Shown one piece after another: positions 1 to 15,000 of a stretch of DNA of 64,000 nucleotides. The notes below the pieces were generated by a model, which did no database searches, was not told where the DNA came from, and saw nothing but the letters and a program-made list of their open reading frames with translations. This DNA is from Eledone cirrhosa. Its lineage: Eukaryota. Every line of letters starts with the position of its first letter. Positions within the stretch are counted from its first letter, which is position 1. The stretch covers positions 91,574,001-91,638,000 of the forward strand of contig OZ024745.1 in assembly GCA_964016885.1 (NCBI GenBank). The letters are read 5' to 3'. A program made the translations under genes and the position numbers.

Positions 1-3000
1 CAAACAGCTCCACTAGATACAGTAAGTTATATTACTCTGTCTGAGTATCAAACAGCTCCACTAGATACAGTAAGTTATATTACTCTGCCTGAGTATCAAA
101 CAGCTCCACTAGATACAGTAAGTTATATTACTCTGCCTGAGTATCAAACAGCTCCACTAGATACAGTAAGTTATATTACTCTGAGTATCAAACAGCTCAA
201 CTAGATACAGTAAGTTATATTACTCTGCCTGAGTATCAAACAGCTCCACTAGATACAGTAAGTTATATTACTCTGCCTGAGTATCAAACAGCTCCACTAG
301 ATACAGTAAGTTATATTACTCTGTCTGAGTATCAAACAGCTCCACTAGATACAGTAAGTTATATTACTCTGCCTGAGCATCAAACAGCTCCACTAGATAC
401 AGTAAGTTATATTACTCTGTCTGAGTATCAAACAGCTCCCCTACATACAGTAAGTTATATTACTCTGTCTGAGTATCAAACATCTCCCCTAGATACAGTA
501 AGTTATATTACTCTGCCTGAGTACCAGACAGCTCCACTAGATACAGTAAGTTATATTACTCTGTCTGAGTATCAAACAGCTCCACTAGATACAGTAAGTT
601 ATATTACTCTGTCTGAGTATCAAACACCTCCACTAGATACAGTAAGTTATATTACTCTGTCTGAGTATCAAACAGCTCCACTAGATACAGTAAGTTATAT
701 TACTCTGTCTGAGTATCAAACAGCTCCACTAGATACAGTAAGTTATATTACTCTGTCTGAGTATCAAACAGCTCCACTAGATACAGTAAGTTATATTACT
801 CTGTCTGAGTATCAAACACCTCCACTAGATACAGTAAGTTATATTACTCTGTCTGAGTATCAAACAGCTCCACTAGATACAGTAAGTTATATTACTCTGT
901 CTGAGTATCAAACAGCTCCACTAGATACAGTAAGTTATATTACTCTGTCTGAGTATCAAACAGCTCCCCTAGATACAGTAAGTTATATTACTCTGTCTGA
1001 GTATCAAACATCTCCCCTAGATACAGTAAGTTATATTACTCTGCCTGAGTATCAAACAGCTCCACTAGATACAGTAAGTTATATTATTCTGTCTGAGTAT
1101 CAAACAGCTCCACTACATACAGTAAGTTATATTACTCTGTCTGAGTATCAAACACCTCCACTAGATACAGTAAGTTATATTACTCTGTCTGAGTATCAAA
1201 CAGCTCCACTAGATACAGTAAGTTATATTACTCTGTCTGAGTATCAAACACCTCCACTAGATACAGTAAGTTATATTACTCTGTCTGAGTATCAAACAGC
1301 TCCACTAGATACAGTAAGTTATATTACTCTGTCTGAGTATCAAACAGCTCCACTAGATACAGTAAGTTATATTACTCTGTCTGAGTATCAAACAGCTCCA
1401 CTAGATACAGTAAGTTATATTACTCTGTCTGAGTATCAAACAGCTCCACTAGATACAGTAAGTTATATTACTCTGTCTGAGTATCAAACAGCTCCACTAG
1501 ATACAGTAAGTTATATTACTCTGTCTGAGTATCAAACAGCTCCACTAGATACAGTAAGTTATATTACTCTGTCTGAGTATCAAACAGCTCCACTAGATAC
1601 AGTAAGTTATATTACTCTGTGTGAGTATCAAACACCTCCACTAGATACAGTAAGTTATATTACTCTGTCTGAGTATCAAACAGCTCCACTAGATACAGTA
1701 AGTTATATTACTCTGTCTGAGTATCAAACAGCTCCACTAGATACAGTAAGTTATATTACTCTGTCTGAGTATCAAACAGCTCCACTAGATACAGTAAGTT
1801 ATATTACTCTGTCTGAGTATCAAACAGCTCCACTAGATACAGTAAGTTATATTACTCTGCCTGAGTATCAAACAGCTCCACTAGATACAGTAAGTTATAT
1901 TACTCCGCCTGAGTATCAAACAGCTCCACTAGATACAGTAAGTTATATTACTCTGTCTGAGTATCAAACAGCTCCACTAGATACAGTAAGTTATATTACT
2001 GTGCCTGAGTATCAAACAGCTCCACTAGATACAGTAAGTTATATTACTCTGCCTGAGTATCAAACGGCTCCACTAGATACAGTAAGTTATATTACTCTGT
2101 CTGAGTATCAAACAGCTCCACTAGATACAGTAAGTTATATTACTCTGTCTGAGTATCAAACACCTCCACTAGATACAGTAAGTTATATTACTCTGTCTGA
2201 GTATCAAACAGCTCCACTAGATACAGTAAGTTATATTACTCTGTCTGAGTATCAAACAGCTCCACTAGATACAGTAAGTTATATTACTCTGTCTGAGTAT
2301 CAAACAGCTCCACTAGATACAGTAAGTTATATTACTCTGTCTGAGTATCAAACACCTCCACTAGATACAGTAAGTTATATTACTCTGTCTGAGTATCAAA
2401 CAGCTCCACTAGATACAGTAAGTTATATTACTCTGTCTGAGTATCAAACAGCTCCACTAGATACAGTAAGTTATATTACTCTGTCTGAGTATCAAACAGC
2501 TCCACTAGATACAGTAAGTTATATTACTCTGTCTGAGTATCAAACAGCTCCACTAGATACAGTAAGTTATATTACTCTGCCTGAGTATCAAACAGCTCCA
2601 CTAGATACAGTGAGTTATATTACTCTGTCTGAGTATCAAACAGCTCCCCTAGATACAGTAAGTTATATTACTCTGTCTGAGTATCAAACATCTCCCCTAG
2701 ATACAGTAAGTTATATTACTCTGCCTGAGTATCAAACAGCTCCACTAGATACAGTAAGTTATATTACTCTGTCTGAGTATCAAACAGCTCTACTACATAC
2801 AGTAAGTTATATTACTCTGTCCGAGTATCAAACACCTCCACTAGATACAGTAAGTTATATTACTCTGTCTGAGTATCAAACAGCTCCACTAGATACAGTA
2901 AGTTATATTACTCTGTCTGAGTATCAAACAGCTCCACTAGATACAGTAAGTTATATTACTCTGTCTGAGTATCAAACAGCTCCACTAGATACAGTAAGTT

Positions 3001-6000
3001 ATATTACTCTGTCTGAGTATCAAACAGCTCCACTAGATACAGTAAGTTATATTACTCTGTCTGAGTATCAAACACCTCCACTAGATACAGTAAGTTATAT
3101 TACTCTGTCTGAGTATCAAACACCTCCACTAGATACAGTAAGTTATATTACTCTGTCTGAGTATCAAACAGCTCCACTAGATACAGTAAGTTATATTACT
3201 CTGTCTGAGTATCAAACAGCTCCACTAGATACAGTAAGTTATATTACTCTGTCTGAGTATCAAACAGCTCCACTAGATACAGTAAGTTATATTACTCTGT
3301 TTGAGTATCAAACACCTCCACTAGATACAGTAAGTTATATTACTCTGTCTGAGTATCAAACAGCTCCACTAGATACAGTAAGTTATATTACTCTGTCTGA
3401 GTATCAAACAGCTCCACTAGATACAGTAAGTTATATTACTCTGTCTGAGTATCAAACAGCTCCACTAGATACAGTAAGTTATATTACTCTGCCTGAGTAT
3501 CAAACAGCTCCACTAGATACAGTAAGTTATATTACTCTGCCTGAGTATCAAACAGCTCCACTAGATACAGTAAGTTATATTACTCTGTCTGAGTATCAAA
3601 CAGCTCCACTAGATACAGTAAGTTATATTACTCTGCCTGAGTATCAAACAGCTCCACTAGATACAGTAAGTTATATTACTCTGCCTGAGTATCAAACAGC
3701 TCCACTAGATACAGTAAGTTATATTACTCTGTCTGAGTATCAAACAGCTCCACTAGATACAGTAAGTTATATTACTCTGCCTGAGTATCAAACAGCTCCA
3801 CTAGATACAGTAAGTTATATTACTCTGAGTATCAAACAGCTCCCCTAGATACAGTAAGTTATATTACTCTGTCTGAGTATCAAACATCTCCCCTAGATAC
3901 AGTAAGTTATATTACTCTGCCTGAGTATCAGACAGCTCCACTAGATACAGTAAGTTATATTACTCTGTCTGAGTATCAAACAGCTCCACTAGATACAGTA
4001 AGTTATATTACTCTGTCTGAGTATCAAACACCTCCACTAGATACAGTAAGTTATATTACTCTGTCTGAGTATCAAACAGCTCCACTAGATACAGTAAGTT
4101 ATATTACTCTGTCTGAGTATCAAACAGCTCCACTAGATACAGTAAGTTATATTACTCTGTCTGAGTATCAAACAGCTCCACTAGATACAGTAAGTTATAT
4201 TACTCTGTCTGAGTATCAAACACCTCCACTAGATACAGTAAGTTATATTACTCTGTCTGAGTATCAAACAGCTCCACTAGATACAGTAAGTTATATTACT
4301 CTGTCTGAGTATCAAACAGCTCCACTAGATACAGTAAGTTATATTACTCTCCCTGAGTATCAAACAGCTCCACTAGATACAGTAAATTATATTACTCTGT
4401 CTGAGTATCAAACACCTCCACTAGATACAGTAAGTTATATTACTCTGTCTGAGTATCAAACAGCTCCACTAGATACAGTAAGTTATATTACTCTCCCTGA
4501 GTATCAAACAGCTCCACTAGATGCAGTAAGTTATATTACTCTGTCTGATTATCAAACAGCTCCACTACATACAGTAAGTTATATTACTCTGCCTGAGTAT
4601 CAAACAGCTCCACTAGATACAGTAAGTTATATTACTCTGCCTGAGTATCAAACAGCTCCACTAGATACAGTAAGTTATATTACTCTGTCTGAGTATCAAA
4701 CACCTCCACTAGATACAGTAAGTTATATTACTCTGTCTGAGTATCAAACAGCTCCCCTAGATACAGTAAGTTATATTACTCTGTCTGAGTATCAAACATC
4801 TCCCCTAGATACAGTAAGTTATATTACTCTGCCTGAGTATCAAACAGCTCCATTAGATACAGTAAGTTATATTACTCTGTCTGAGTATCAAACAGCTCCA
4901 CTACATACAGTAAGTTATATTACTCTGTCTGAGTATCAAACACCTCCACTAGATACAGTAAGTTATATTACCCTGTCTGAGTATCAAACAGCTCCACTAG
5001 ATACAGTAACTTATATTACTCTGTCTGAGTATCAAACAGCTCCACTAGATACAGTAAGTTATATTACTCTGTCTGAGTATCAAACAGCTCCACTAGATAC
5101 AGTAAGTTATATTACTCTGTCTGAGTATCAAACAGCTCCACTAGATACAGTAAGTTATATTACTCTGTCTGAGTATCAAACAGCTCCACTAGATACAGTA
5201 AGTTATATTACTCTGCCTGAGTATCAAACAGCTCCACTAGATACAGTAAGTTATATTACTCTGTCTGAGTATCAAACAGCTCCACTAGGTACAGCAAGTT
5301 ATATTACTCTGTCTGAGTATCAAACAGCTCCTTTAGATACAGTAAGTTATATTACTCTGCCTGAGTATCGAATTGCTCCACTAGATACAGTAAGTTATAT
5401 TACTCTGCCTGAGTATCAAACAGCTCCACTAGGTACAGTAAGTTATGTTACTCTGCCTGAGTATCAAACAGCTCCACTAGATGCAGTAAGTTATATTACT
5501 CTGTCTGAGTATCAAACAGCTCCACTAGATACAGTAAGTTATATTACTCTGTCTGAGTATCAAACAGCTCCACTAGATACAGTAAGTTATATTACTCTGT
5601 CTGAGTATCAAACAGCTCCACTAGATACAGTAAGTTATATTACTCTGCCTGAGTATCAAACAGCTCCACTAGATACAGTAAGTTATATTACTCTGTCTGA
5701 GTATCAAACAGCTCCACTAGATACAGTAAGTTATATTACTCTGTCTGAGTATCAAACAGCTCCACTAGATACAGTAAGTTATATTACTCTGTCTGAGTAT
5801 CAAACACCTCCACTAGATACAGTAAGTTATATTACTCTGCCTGAGTATCAAACAGCTCCACTAGATACAGTAAGTTATATTACTCTGTCTGAGTATCAAA
5901 CAGCTCCACTAGATACAGTAAGTTATATTACTCTGTCTGAGTATCAAACAGCTCCACTAGATACAGTAAGTTATATTACTCTGTCTGAGTATCAAACAGC

Positions 6001-9000
6001 TCCACTAGATACAGTAAGTTATATTACTCTGTCTGAGTATCAAACAGCTCCACTAGATACAGTAAGTTATATTACTCTGTCTGAGTATCAAACAGCTCCA
6101 CTACATACAGTAAGTTATATTACTCTGTCTGAGTATCAAACAGCTCCACTAGATACAGTAAGTTATATTACTCTGTCTGAGTATCAAACAGCTCCACTAG
6201 ATACAGTAAGTTATATTACTCTGCCTGAGTATCAAACAGCTCCACTAGATACAGTAAGTTATATTACTCTGAGTATCAAACAGCTCCCCTAGATACAGTA
6301 AGTTATATTACTCTGTCTGAGTATCAAACATCTCCCCTAGATACAGTAAGTTATATTACTCTGCCTGAGTATCAAACAGCTCCACTAGATACAGTAAGTT
6401 ATATTACTCTGTCTGAGTATCAAACAGCTCCACTAGATACAGTAAGTTATATTACTCTGTCTGAGTATCAAACACCTCCACTAGATACAGTAAGTTATAT
6501 TACTCTGTCTGAGTATCAAACAGCTCCACTAGATACAGTAAGTTATATTACTCTGTCTGAGTATCAAACAGCTCCACTAGATACAGTAAGTTATATTACT
6601 CTGTCTGAGTATCAAACAGCTCCACTAGATACAGTAAGTTATATTACTCTGTCTGAGTATCAAACACCTCCACTAGATACAGTAAGTTATATTACTCTGT
6701 CTGAGTATCAAACAGCTCCACTAGATACAGTAAGTTATATTACTCTGTCTGAGTATCAAACAGCTCCACTAGATACAGTAAGTTATATTACTCTGTCTGA
6801 GTATCAAACAGCTCCACTAGATACAGTAAATTATATTACTCTGTCTGAGTATCAAACACATCCACTAGATACAGTAAGTTATATTACTCTGTCTGAGTAT
6901 CAAACAGCTCCACTAGATACAGTAAGTTATATTACTCTCCCTGAGTATCAAACAGCTCCACTAGATGCAGTAAGTTATATTACTCTGTCTGATTATCAAA
7001 CAGCTCCACTACATACAGTAAGTTATATTACTCTGCCTGAGTATCAAACAGCTCCACTAGATACAGTAAGTTATATTACTCTGCCTGAGTATCAAACAGC
7101 TCCACTAGATACAGTAAGTTATATTACTCTGTCTGAGTATCAAACACCTCCACTAGATACAGTAAGTTATATTACTCTGTCTGAGTATCAAACATCTCCC
7201 CTAGATACAGTAAGTTATATTACTCTGCCTGAGTATCAAACAGCTCCACTAGATACAGTAAGTTATATTACTCTGTCTGAGTATCAAACAGCTCCACTAG
7301 ATACAGTAAGTTATATTACTCTGTCTGAGTATCAAACAGCTCCACTAGATACAGTAAGTTATATTACTCTGTCTGAGTATCAAACAGCTCCACTAGATAC
7401 AGTAAGTTATATTACTCTGTCTGAGTATCAAACAGCTCCACTAGATACAGTAAGTTATATTACTCTGTCTGAGTATCAAACAGCTCCACTACATACAGTA
7501 AGTTATATTACTCTGTCTGAGTATCAAACAGCTCCACTAGATACAGTAAGTTATATTACTCTGTCTGAGTATCAAACAGCTCCACTAGATACAGTAAGTT
7601 ATATTACTCTGCCTGAGTATCAAACAGCTCCACTAGATACAGTAAGTTATATTACTCTGAGTATCAAACAGCTCCCCTAGATACAGTAAGTTATATTACT
7701 CTGTCTGAGTATCAAACATCTCCCCTAGATACAGTAAGTTATATTACTCTGCCTGAGTATCAAACAGCTCCACTAGATACAGTAAGTTATATTACTCTGT
7801 CTGAGTATCAAACAGCTCCACTAGATACAGTAAGTTATATTACTCTGTCTGAGTATCAAACACCTCCACTAGATACAGTAAGTTATATTACTCTGTCTGA
7901 GTATCAAACAGCTCCACTAGATACAGTAAGTTATATTACTCTGTCTGAGTATCAAACAGCTCCACTAGATACAGTAAGTTATATTACTCTGTCTGAGTAT
8001 CAAACAGCTCCACTAGATACAGTAAGTTATATTACTCTCCCTGAGTATCAAACAGCTCCACTAGATACAGTAAATTATATTACTCTGTCTGAGTATCAAA
8101 CACCTCCACTAGATACAGTAAGTTATATTACTCTGTCTGAGTATCAAACAGCTCCACTAGATACAGTAAGTTATATTACTCTCCCTGAGTATCAAACAGC
8201 TCCACTAGATGCAGTAAGTTATATTACTCTGTCTGATTATCAAACAGCTCCACTACATACAGTAAGTTATATTACTCTGCCTGAGTATCAAACAGCTCCA
8301 CTAGATACAGTAAGTTATATTACTCTGCCTGAGTATCAAACAGCTCCACTAGATACAGTAAGTTATATTACTCTGTCTGAGTATCAAACACCTCCACTAG
8401 ATACAGTAAGTTATATTACTCTGTCTGAGTATCAAACAGCTCCCCTAGATACAGTAAGTTATATTACTCTGTCTGAGTATCAAACATCTCCCCTAGATAC
8501 AGTAAGTTATATTACTCTGCCTGAGTATCAAACAGCTCCATTAGATACAGTAAGTTATATTACTCTGTCTGAGTATCAAACAGCTCCACTACATACAGTA
8601 AGTTATATTACTCTGTCTGAGTATCAAACACCTCCTCTAGATACAGTAAGTTATATTACCCTGTCTGAGTATCAAACAGCTCCACTAGATACAGTAACTT
8701 ATATTACTCTGTCTGAGTATCAAACAGCTCCACTAGATACAGTAAGTTATATTACTCTGTCTGAGTATCAAACAGCTCCACTAGATACAGTAAGTTATAT
8801 TACTCTGTCTGAGTATCAAACAGCTCCACTAGATACAGTAAGTTATATTACTCTGTCTGAGTATCAAACAGCTCCACTAGATACAGTAAGTTATATTACT
8901 CTGCCTGAGTATCAAACAGCTCCACTAGATACAGTAAGTTATATTACTCTGTCTGAGTATCAAACAGCTCCACTAGGTACAGCAAGTTATATTACTCTGT

Positions 9001-12000
9001 CTGAGTATCAAACAGCTCCTTTAGATACAGTAAGTTATATTACTCTGCCTGAGTATCGAATTGCTCCACTAGATACAGTAAGTTATATTACTCTGCCTGA
9101 GTATCAAACAGCTCCACTAGGTACAGTAAGTTATGTTACTCTGCCTGAGTATCAAACAGCTCCACTAGATGCTGTAAGTTATATTACTCTGTCTGAGTAT
9201 CAAACAGCTCCACTAGATACAGTAAGTTATATTACTCTGTCTGAGTATCAAACAGCTCCACTAGATACAGTAAGTTATATTACTCTGTCTGAGTATCAAA
9301 CAGCTCCACTAGATACAGTAAGTTATATTACTCTGCCTGAGTATCAAACAGCTCCACTAGATACAGTAAGTTATATTACTCTGTCTGAGTATCAAACAGC
9401 TCCACTAGATACAGTAAGTTATATTACTCTGTCTGAGTATCAAACAGCTCCACTAGATACAGTAAGTTATATTACTCTGTCTGAGTATCAAACACCTCCA
9501 CTAGATACAGTAAGTTATATTACTCTGCCTGAGTATCAAACAGCTCCACTAGATACAGTAAGTTATATTACTCTGTCTGAGTATCAAACAGCTCCACTAG
9601 ATACAGTAAGTTATATTACTCTGTCTGAGTATCAAACAGCTCCACTAGATACAGTAAGTTATATTACTCTGTCTGAGTATCAAACAGCTCCACTAGATAC
9701 AGTAAGTTATATTACTCTGTCTGAGTATCAAACAGCTCCACTAGATACAGTAAGTTATATTACTCTGTCTGAGTATCAAACAGCTCCACTACATACAGTA
9801 AGTTATATTACTCTGTCTGAGTATCAAACAGCTCCACTAGATACAGTAAGTTATATTACTCTGTCTGAGTATCAAACAGCTCCACTAGATACAGTAAGTT
9901 ATATTACTCTGCCTGAGTATCAAACAGCTCCACTAGATACAGTAAGTTATATTACTCTGAGTATCAAACAGCTCCCCTAGATACAGTAAGTTATATTACT
10001 CTGTCTGAGTATCAAACATCTCCCCTAGATACAGTAAGTTATATTACTCTGCCTGAGTATCAAACAGCTCCACTAGATACAGTAAGTTATATTACTCTGT
10101 CTGAGTATCAAACAGCTCCACTAGATACAGTAAGTTATATTACTCTGTCTGAGTATCAAACACCTCCACTAGATACAGTAAGTTATATTACTCTGTCTGA
10201 GTATCAAACAGCTCCACTAGATACAGTAAGTTATATTACTCTGTCTGAGTATCAAACAGCTCCACTAGATACAGTAAGTTATATTACTCTGTCTGAGTAT
10301 CAAACAGCTCCACTAGATACAGTAAGTTATATTACTCTGTCTGAGTATCAAACACCTCCACTAGATACAGTAAGTTATATTACTCTGTCTGAGTATCAAA
10401 CAGCTCCACTAGATACAGTAAGTTATATTACTCTGTCTGAGTATCAAACAGCTCCACTAGATACAGTAAGTTATATTACTCTGTCTGAGTATCAAACAGC
10501 TCCACTAGATACAGTAAATTATATTACTCTGTCTGAGTATCAAACACATCCACTAGATACAGTAAGTTATATTACTCTGTCTGAGTATCAAACAGCTCCA
10601 CTAGATACAGTAAGTTATATTACTCTCCCTGAGTATCAAACAGCTCCACTAGATGCAGTAAGTTATATTACTCTGTCTGATTATCAAACAGCTCCACTAC
10701 ATACAGTAAGTTATATTACTCTGCCTGAGTATCAAACAGCTCCACTAGATACAGTAAGTTATATTACTCTGCCTGAGTATCAAACAGCTCCACTAGATAC
10801 AGTAAGTTATATTACTCTGTCTGAGTATCAAACACCTCCACTAGATACAGTAAGTTATATTACTCTGTCTGAGTATCAAACATCTCCCCTAGATACAGTA
10901 AGTTATATTACTCTGCCTGAGTATCAAACAGCTCCACTAGATACAGTAAGTTATATTACTCTGTCTGAGTATCAAACAGCTCCACTAGATACAGTAAGTT
11001 ATATTACTCTGTCTGAGTATCAAACAGCTCCACTAGATACAGTAAGTTATATTACTCTGTCTGAGTATCAAACAGCTCCACTAGATACAGTAAGTTATAT
11101 TACTCTGTCTGAGTATCAAACAGCTCCACTAGATACAGTAAGTTATATTACTCTGTCTGAGTATCAAACAGCTCCACTACATACAGTAAGTTATATTACT
11201 CTGTCTGAGTATCAAACAGCTCCACTAGATACAGTAAGTTATATTACTCTGTCTGAGTATCAAACAGCTCCACTAGATACAGTAAGTTATATTACTCTGC
11301 CTGAGTATCAAACAGCTCCACTAGATACAGTAAGTTATATTACTCTGAGTATCAAACAGCTCCCCTAGATACAGTAAGTTATATTACTCTGTCTGAGTAT
11401 CAAACATCTCCCCTAGATACAGTAAGTTATATTACTCTGCCTGAGTATCAAACAGCTCCACTAGATACAGTAAGTTATATTACTCTGTCTGAGTATCAAA
11501 CAGCTCCACTAGATACAGTAAGTTATATTACTCTGTCTGAGTATCAAACACCTCCACTAGATACAGTAAGTTATATTACTCTGTCTGAGTATCAAACAGC
11601 TCCACTAGATACAGTAAGTTATATTACTCTGTCTGAGTATCAAACAGCTCCACTAGATACAGTAAGTTATATTACTCTGTCTGAGTATCAAACAGCTCCA
11701 CTAGATACAGTAAGTTATATTACTCTGTCTGAGTATCAAACACCTCCACTAGATACAGTAAGTTATATTACTCTGTCTGAGTATCAAACAGCTCCACTAG
11801 ATACAGTAAGTTATATTACTCTGTCTGAGTATCAAACAGCTCCACTAGATACAGTAAGTTATATTACTCTGTCTGAGTATCAAACAGCTCCACTAGATAC
11901 AGTAAATTATATTACTCTGTCTGAGTATCAAACACATCCACTAGATACAGTAAGTTATATTACTCTGTCTGAGTATCAAACAGCTCCACTAGATACAGTA

Positions 12001-15000
12001 AGTTATATTACTCTCCCTGAGTATCAAACAGCTCCACTAGATGCAGTAAGCTATATTACTCTGTCTGATTATCAAACAGCTCCACTACATACAGTAAGTT
12101 ATATTACTCTGCCTGAGTATCAAACAGCTCCACTAGATACAGTAAGTTATATTACTCTGCCTGAGTATCAAACAGCTCCACTAGATACAGTAAGTTATAT
12201 TACTCTGTCTGAGTATCAAACACCTCCACTAGATACAGTAAGTTATATTACTCTGTCTGAGTATCAAACAGCTCCCCTAGATACAGTAAGTTATATTACT
12301 CTGTCTGAGTATCAAACATCTCCCCTAGATACAGTAAGTTATATTACTCTGCCTGAGTATCAAACAGCTCCACTAGATACAGTAAGTTATATTACTCTGT
12401 CTGAGTATCAAACAGCTCCACTACATACAGTAAGTTATATTACTCTGTCTGAGTATCAAACACCTCCACTAGATACAGTAAGTTATATTACCCTGTCTGA
12501 GTATCAAACAGCTCCACTAGATACAGTAACTTATATTACTCTGTCTGAGTATCAAACAGCTCCACTAGATACAGTAAGTTATATTACTCTGTCTGAGTAT
12601 CAAACAGCTCCACTAGATACAGTAAGTTATATTACTCTGTCTGAGTATCAAACAGCTCCACTAGATACAGTAAGTTATATTACTCTGTCTGAGTATCAAA
12701 CAGCTCCACTAGATACAGTAAGTTATGTTACTCTGCCTGAGTATCAAACAGCTCCACTAGATACAGTAAGTTATATTACTCTGTCTGAGTATCAAACAGC
12801 TCCCCTAGATACAGTAAGTTATATTACTCTGTCTGAGTATCAAACATCTCCCCTAGATACAGTAAGTTATATTACTCTGCCTGAGTATCAAACAGCTCCA
12901 CTAGATACAGTAAGTTATATTACTCTGTCTGAGTATCAAACAGCTCCACTACATACAGTAAGTTATATTACTCTGTCCGAGTATCAAACACCTCCACTAG
13001 ATACAGTAAGTTATATTACTCTGTCTGAGTATCAAACAGCTCCACTAGATACAGTAAGTTATATTACTCTGTCTGAGTATCAAACAGCTCCACTAGATAC
13101 AGTAAGTTATATTACTCTGTCTGAGTATCAAACAGCTCCACTAGATACAGTAAGTTATATTACTCTGTCTGAGTATCAAACAGCTCCACTAGATACAGTA
13201 AGTTATATTACTCTGTCTGAGTATCAAACAGCTCCACTAGATACAGTAAGTTATATTACTCTGTCTGAGTATCAAACACCTCCACTAGATACAGTAAGTT
13301 ATATTACTCTGTCTGAGTATCAAACACCTCCACTAGATACAGTAAGTTATATTACTCTGTCTGAGTATCAAACACCTCCACTAGATACAGTAAGTTATAT
13401 TACTCTGTCTGAGTATCAAACAGCTCCACTAGATACAGTAAGTTATATTACTCTGTCTGAGTATCAAACAGCTCCACTAGATACAGTAAGTTATATTACT
13501 CTGTCTGAGTATCAAACACCTCCACTAGATACAGTAAGTTATATTACTCTGTCTGAGTATCAAACAGCTCCACTACATACAGTAAGTTATATTACTCTGC
13601 CTGAGTATCAAACAGCTCCACTAGATACAGTAAGTTATATTACTCTGTCTGAGTATCAAACAGCTCCACTAGATACAGTAAGTTATATTACTCTGCCTGA
13701 GTATCAAACAGCTCCACTAGATACAGTAAGTTATATTACTCTGTCTGAGTATCAAACAGCTCCACTAGATACAGTAAGTTATATTACTCTGCCTGAGTAT
13801 CAAACAGCTCCACTAGATACAGTAAGTTATATTACTCTGTCTGAGTATCAAACAGCTCCCCTAGATACAGTAAGTTATATTACTCTGTCTGAGTATCAAA
13901 CATCTCCCCTAGATACAGTAAGTTATATTACTCTGCCTGAGTATCAGACAGCTCCACTAGATACAGTAAGTTATATTACTCTGTCTGAGTATCAAACAGC
14001 TCCACTAGATACAGTAAGTTATATTACTCTGTCTGAGTATCAAACACCTCCACTAGATACAGTAAGTTATATTACTCTGTCTGAGTATCAAACAGCTCCA
14101 CTAGATACAGTAAGTTATATTACTCTGTCTGAGTATCAAACAGCTCCACTAGATACAGTAAGTTATATTACTCTGTCTGAGTATCAAACAGCTCCACTAG
14201 ATACAGTAAGTTATATTACTCTGTCTGAGTATCAAACACCTCCACTAGATACAGTAGGTTATATTACTCTGTCTGAGTATCAAACAGCTCCACTAGATAC
14301 AGTAAGTTATATTACTCTGCCTGAGTATCAAACAGCTCCACTAGATACAGTAAGTTATATTACTCTGTCTGAGTATCAAACAGCTCCCCTAGATACAGTA
14401 AGTTATATTACTCTGTCTGAGTATCAAACATCTCCCCTAGATACAGTAAGTTATATTACTCTGCCTGAGTATCAAACAGCTCCACTAGATACAGTAAGTT
14501 ATATTATTCTGTCTGAGTATCAAACAGCTCCACTACATACAGTAAGTTATATTACTCTGTCTGAGTATCAAACACCTCCACTAGATACAGTAAGTTATAT
14601 TACTCTGTCTGAGTATCAAACAGCTCCACTAGATACAGTAAGTTATATTACTCTGTCTGAGTATCAAACAGCTCCACTAGATACAGTAAGTTATATTACT
14701 CTGTCTGAGTATCAAACAGCTCCACTAGATACAGTAAGTTATATTACTCTGTCTGAGTATCAAACAGCTCCACTAGATACAGTAAGTTATATTACTCTGT
14801 CTGAGTATCAAACAGCTCCACTAGATACAGTAAGTTATATTACTCTGTCTGAGTATCAAACAGCTCCACTAGATACAGTAAGTTATATTACTCTGTCTGA
14901 GTATCAAACAGCTCCACTAGATACAGTAAGTTATATTACTCTGTCTGAGTATCAAACAGCTCCACTAGATACAGTAAGTTATATTACTCTGTCTGAGTAT

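Noticed and set aside
2001-3848. 615-aa repetitive ORF (SEYQTAPLDTVSYITL)n as a real gene
   Set aside because: Artefact of a 48-bp (16-codon) monomer with one stop-free frame. It starts at a chance GTG variant, and 4-bp deletions and a TAA variant break the frame across the array.
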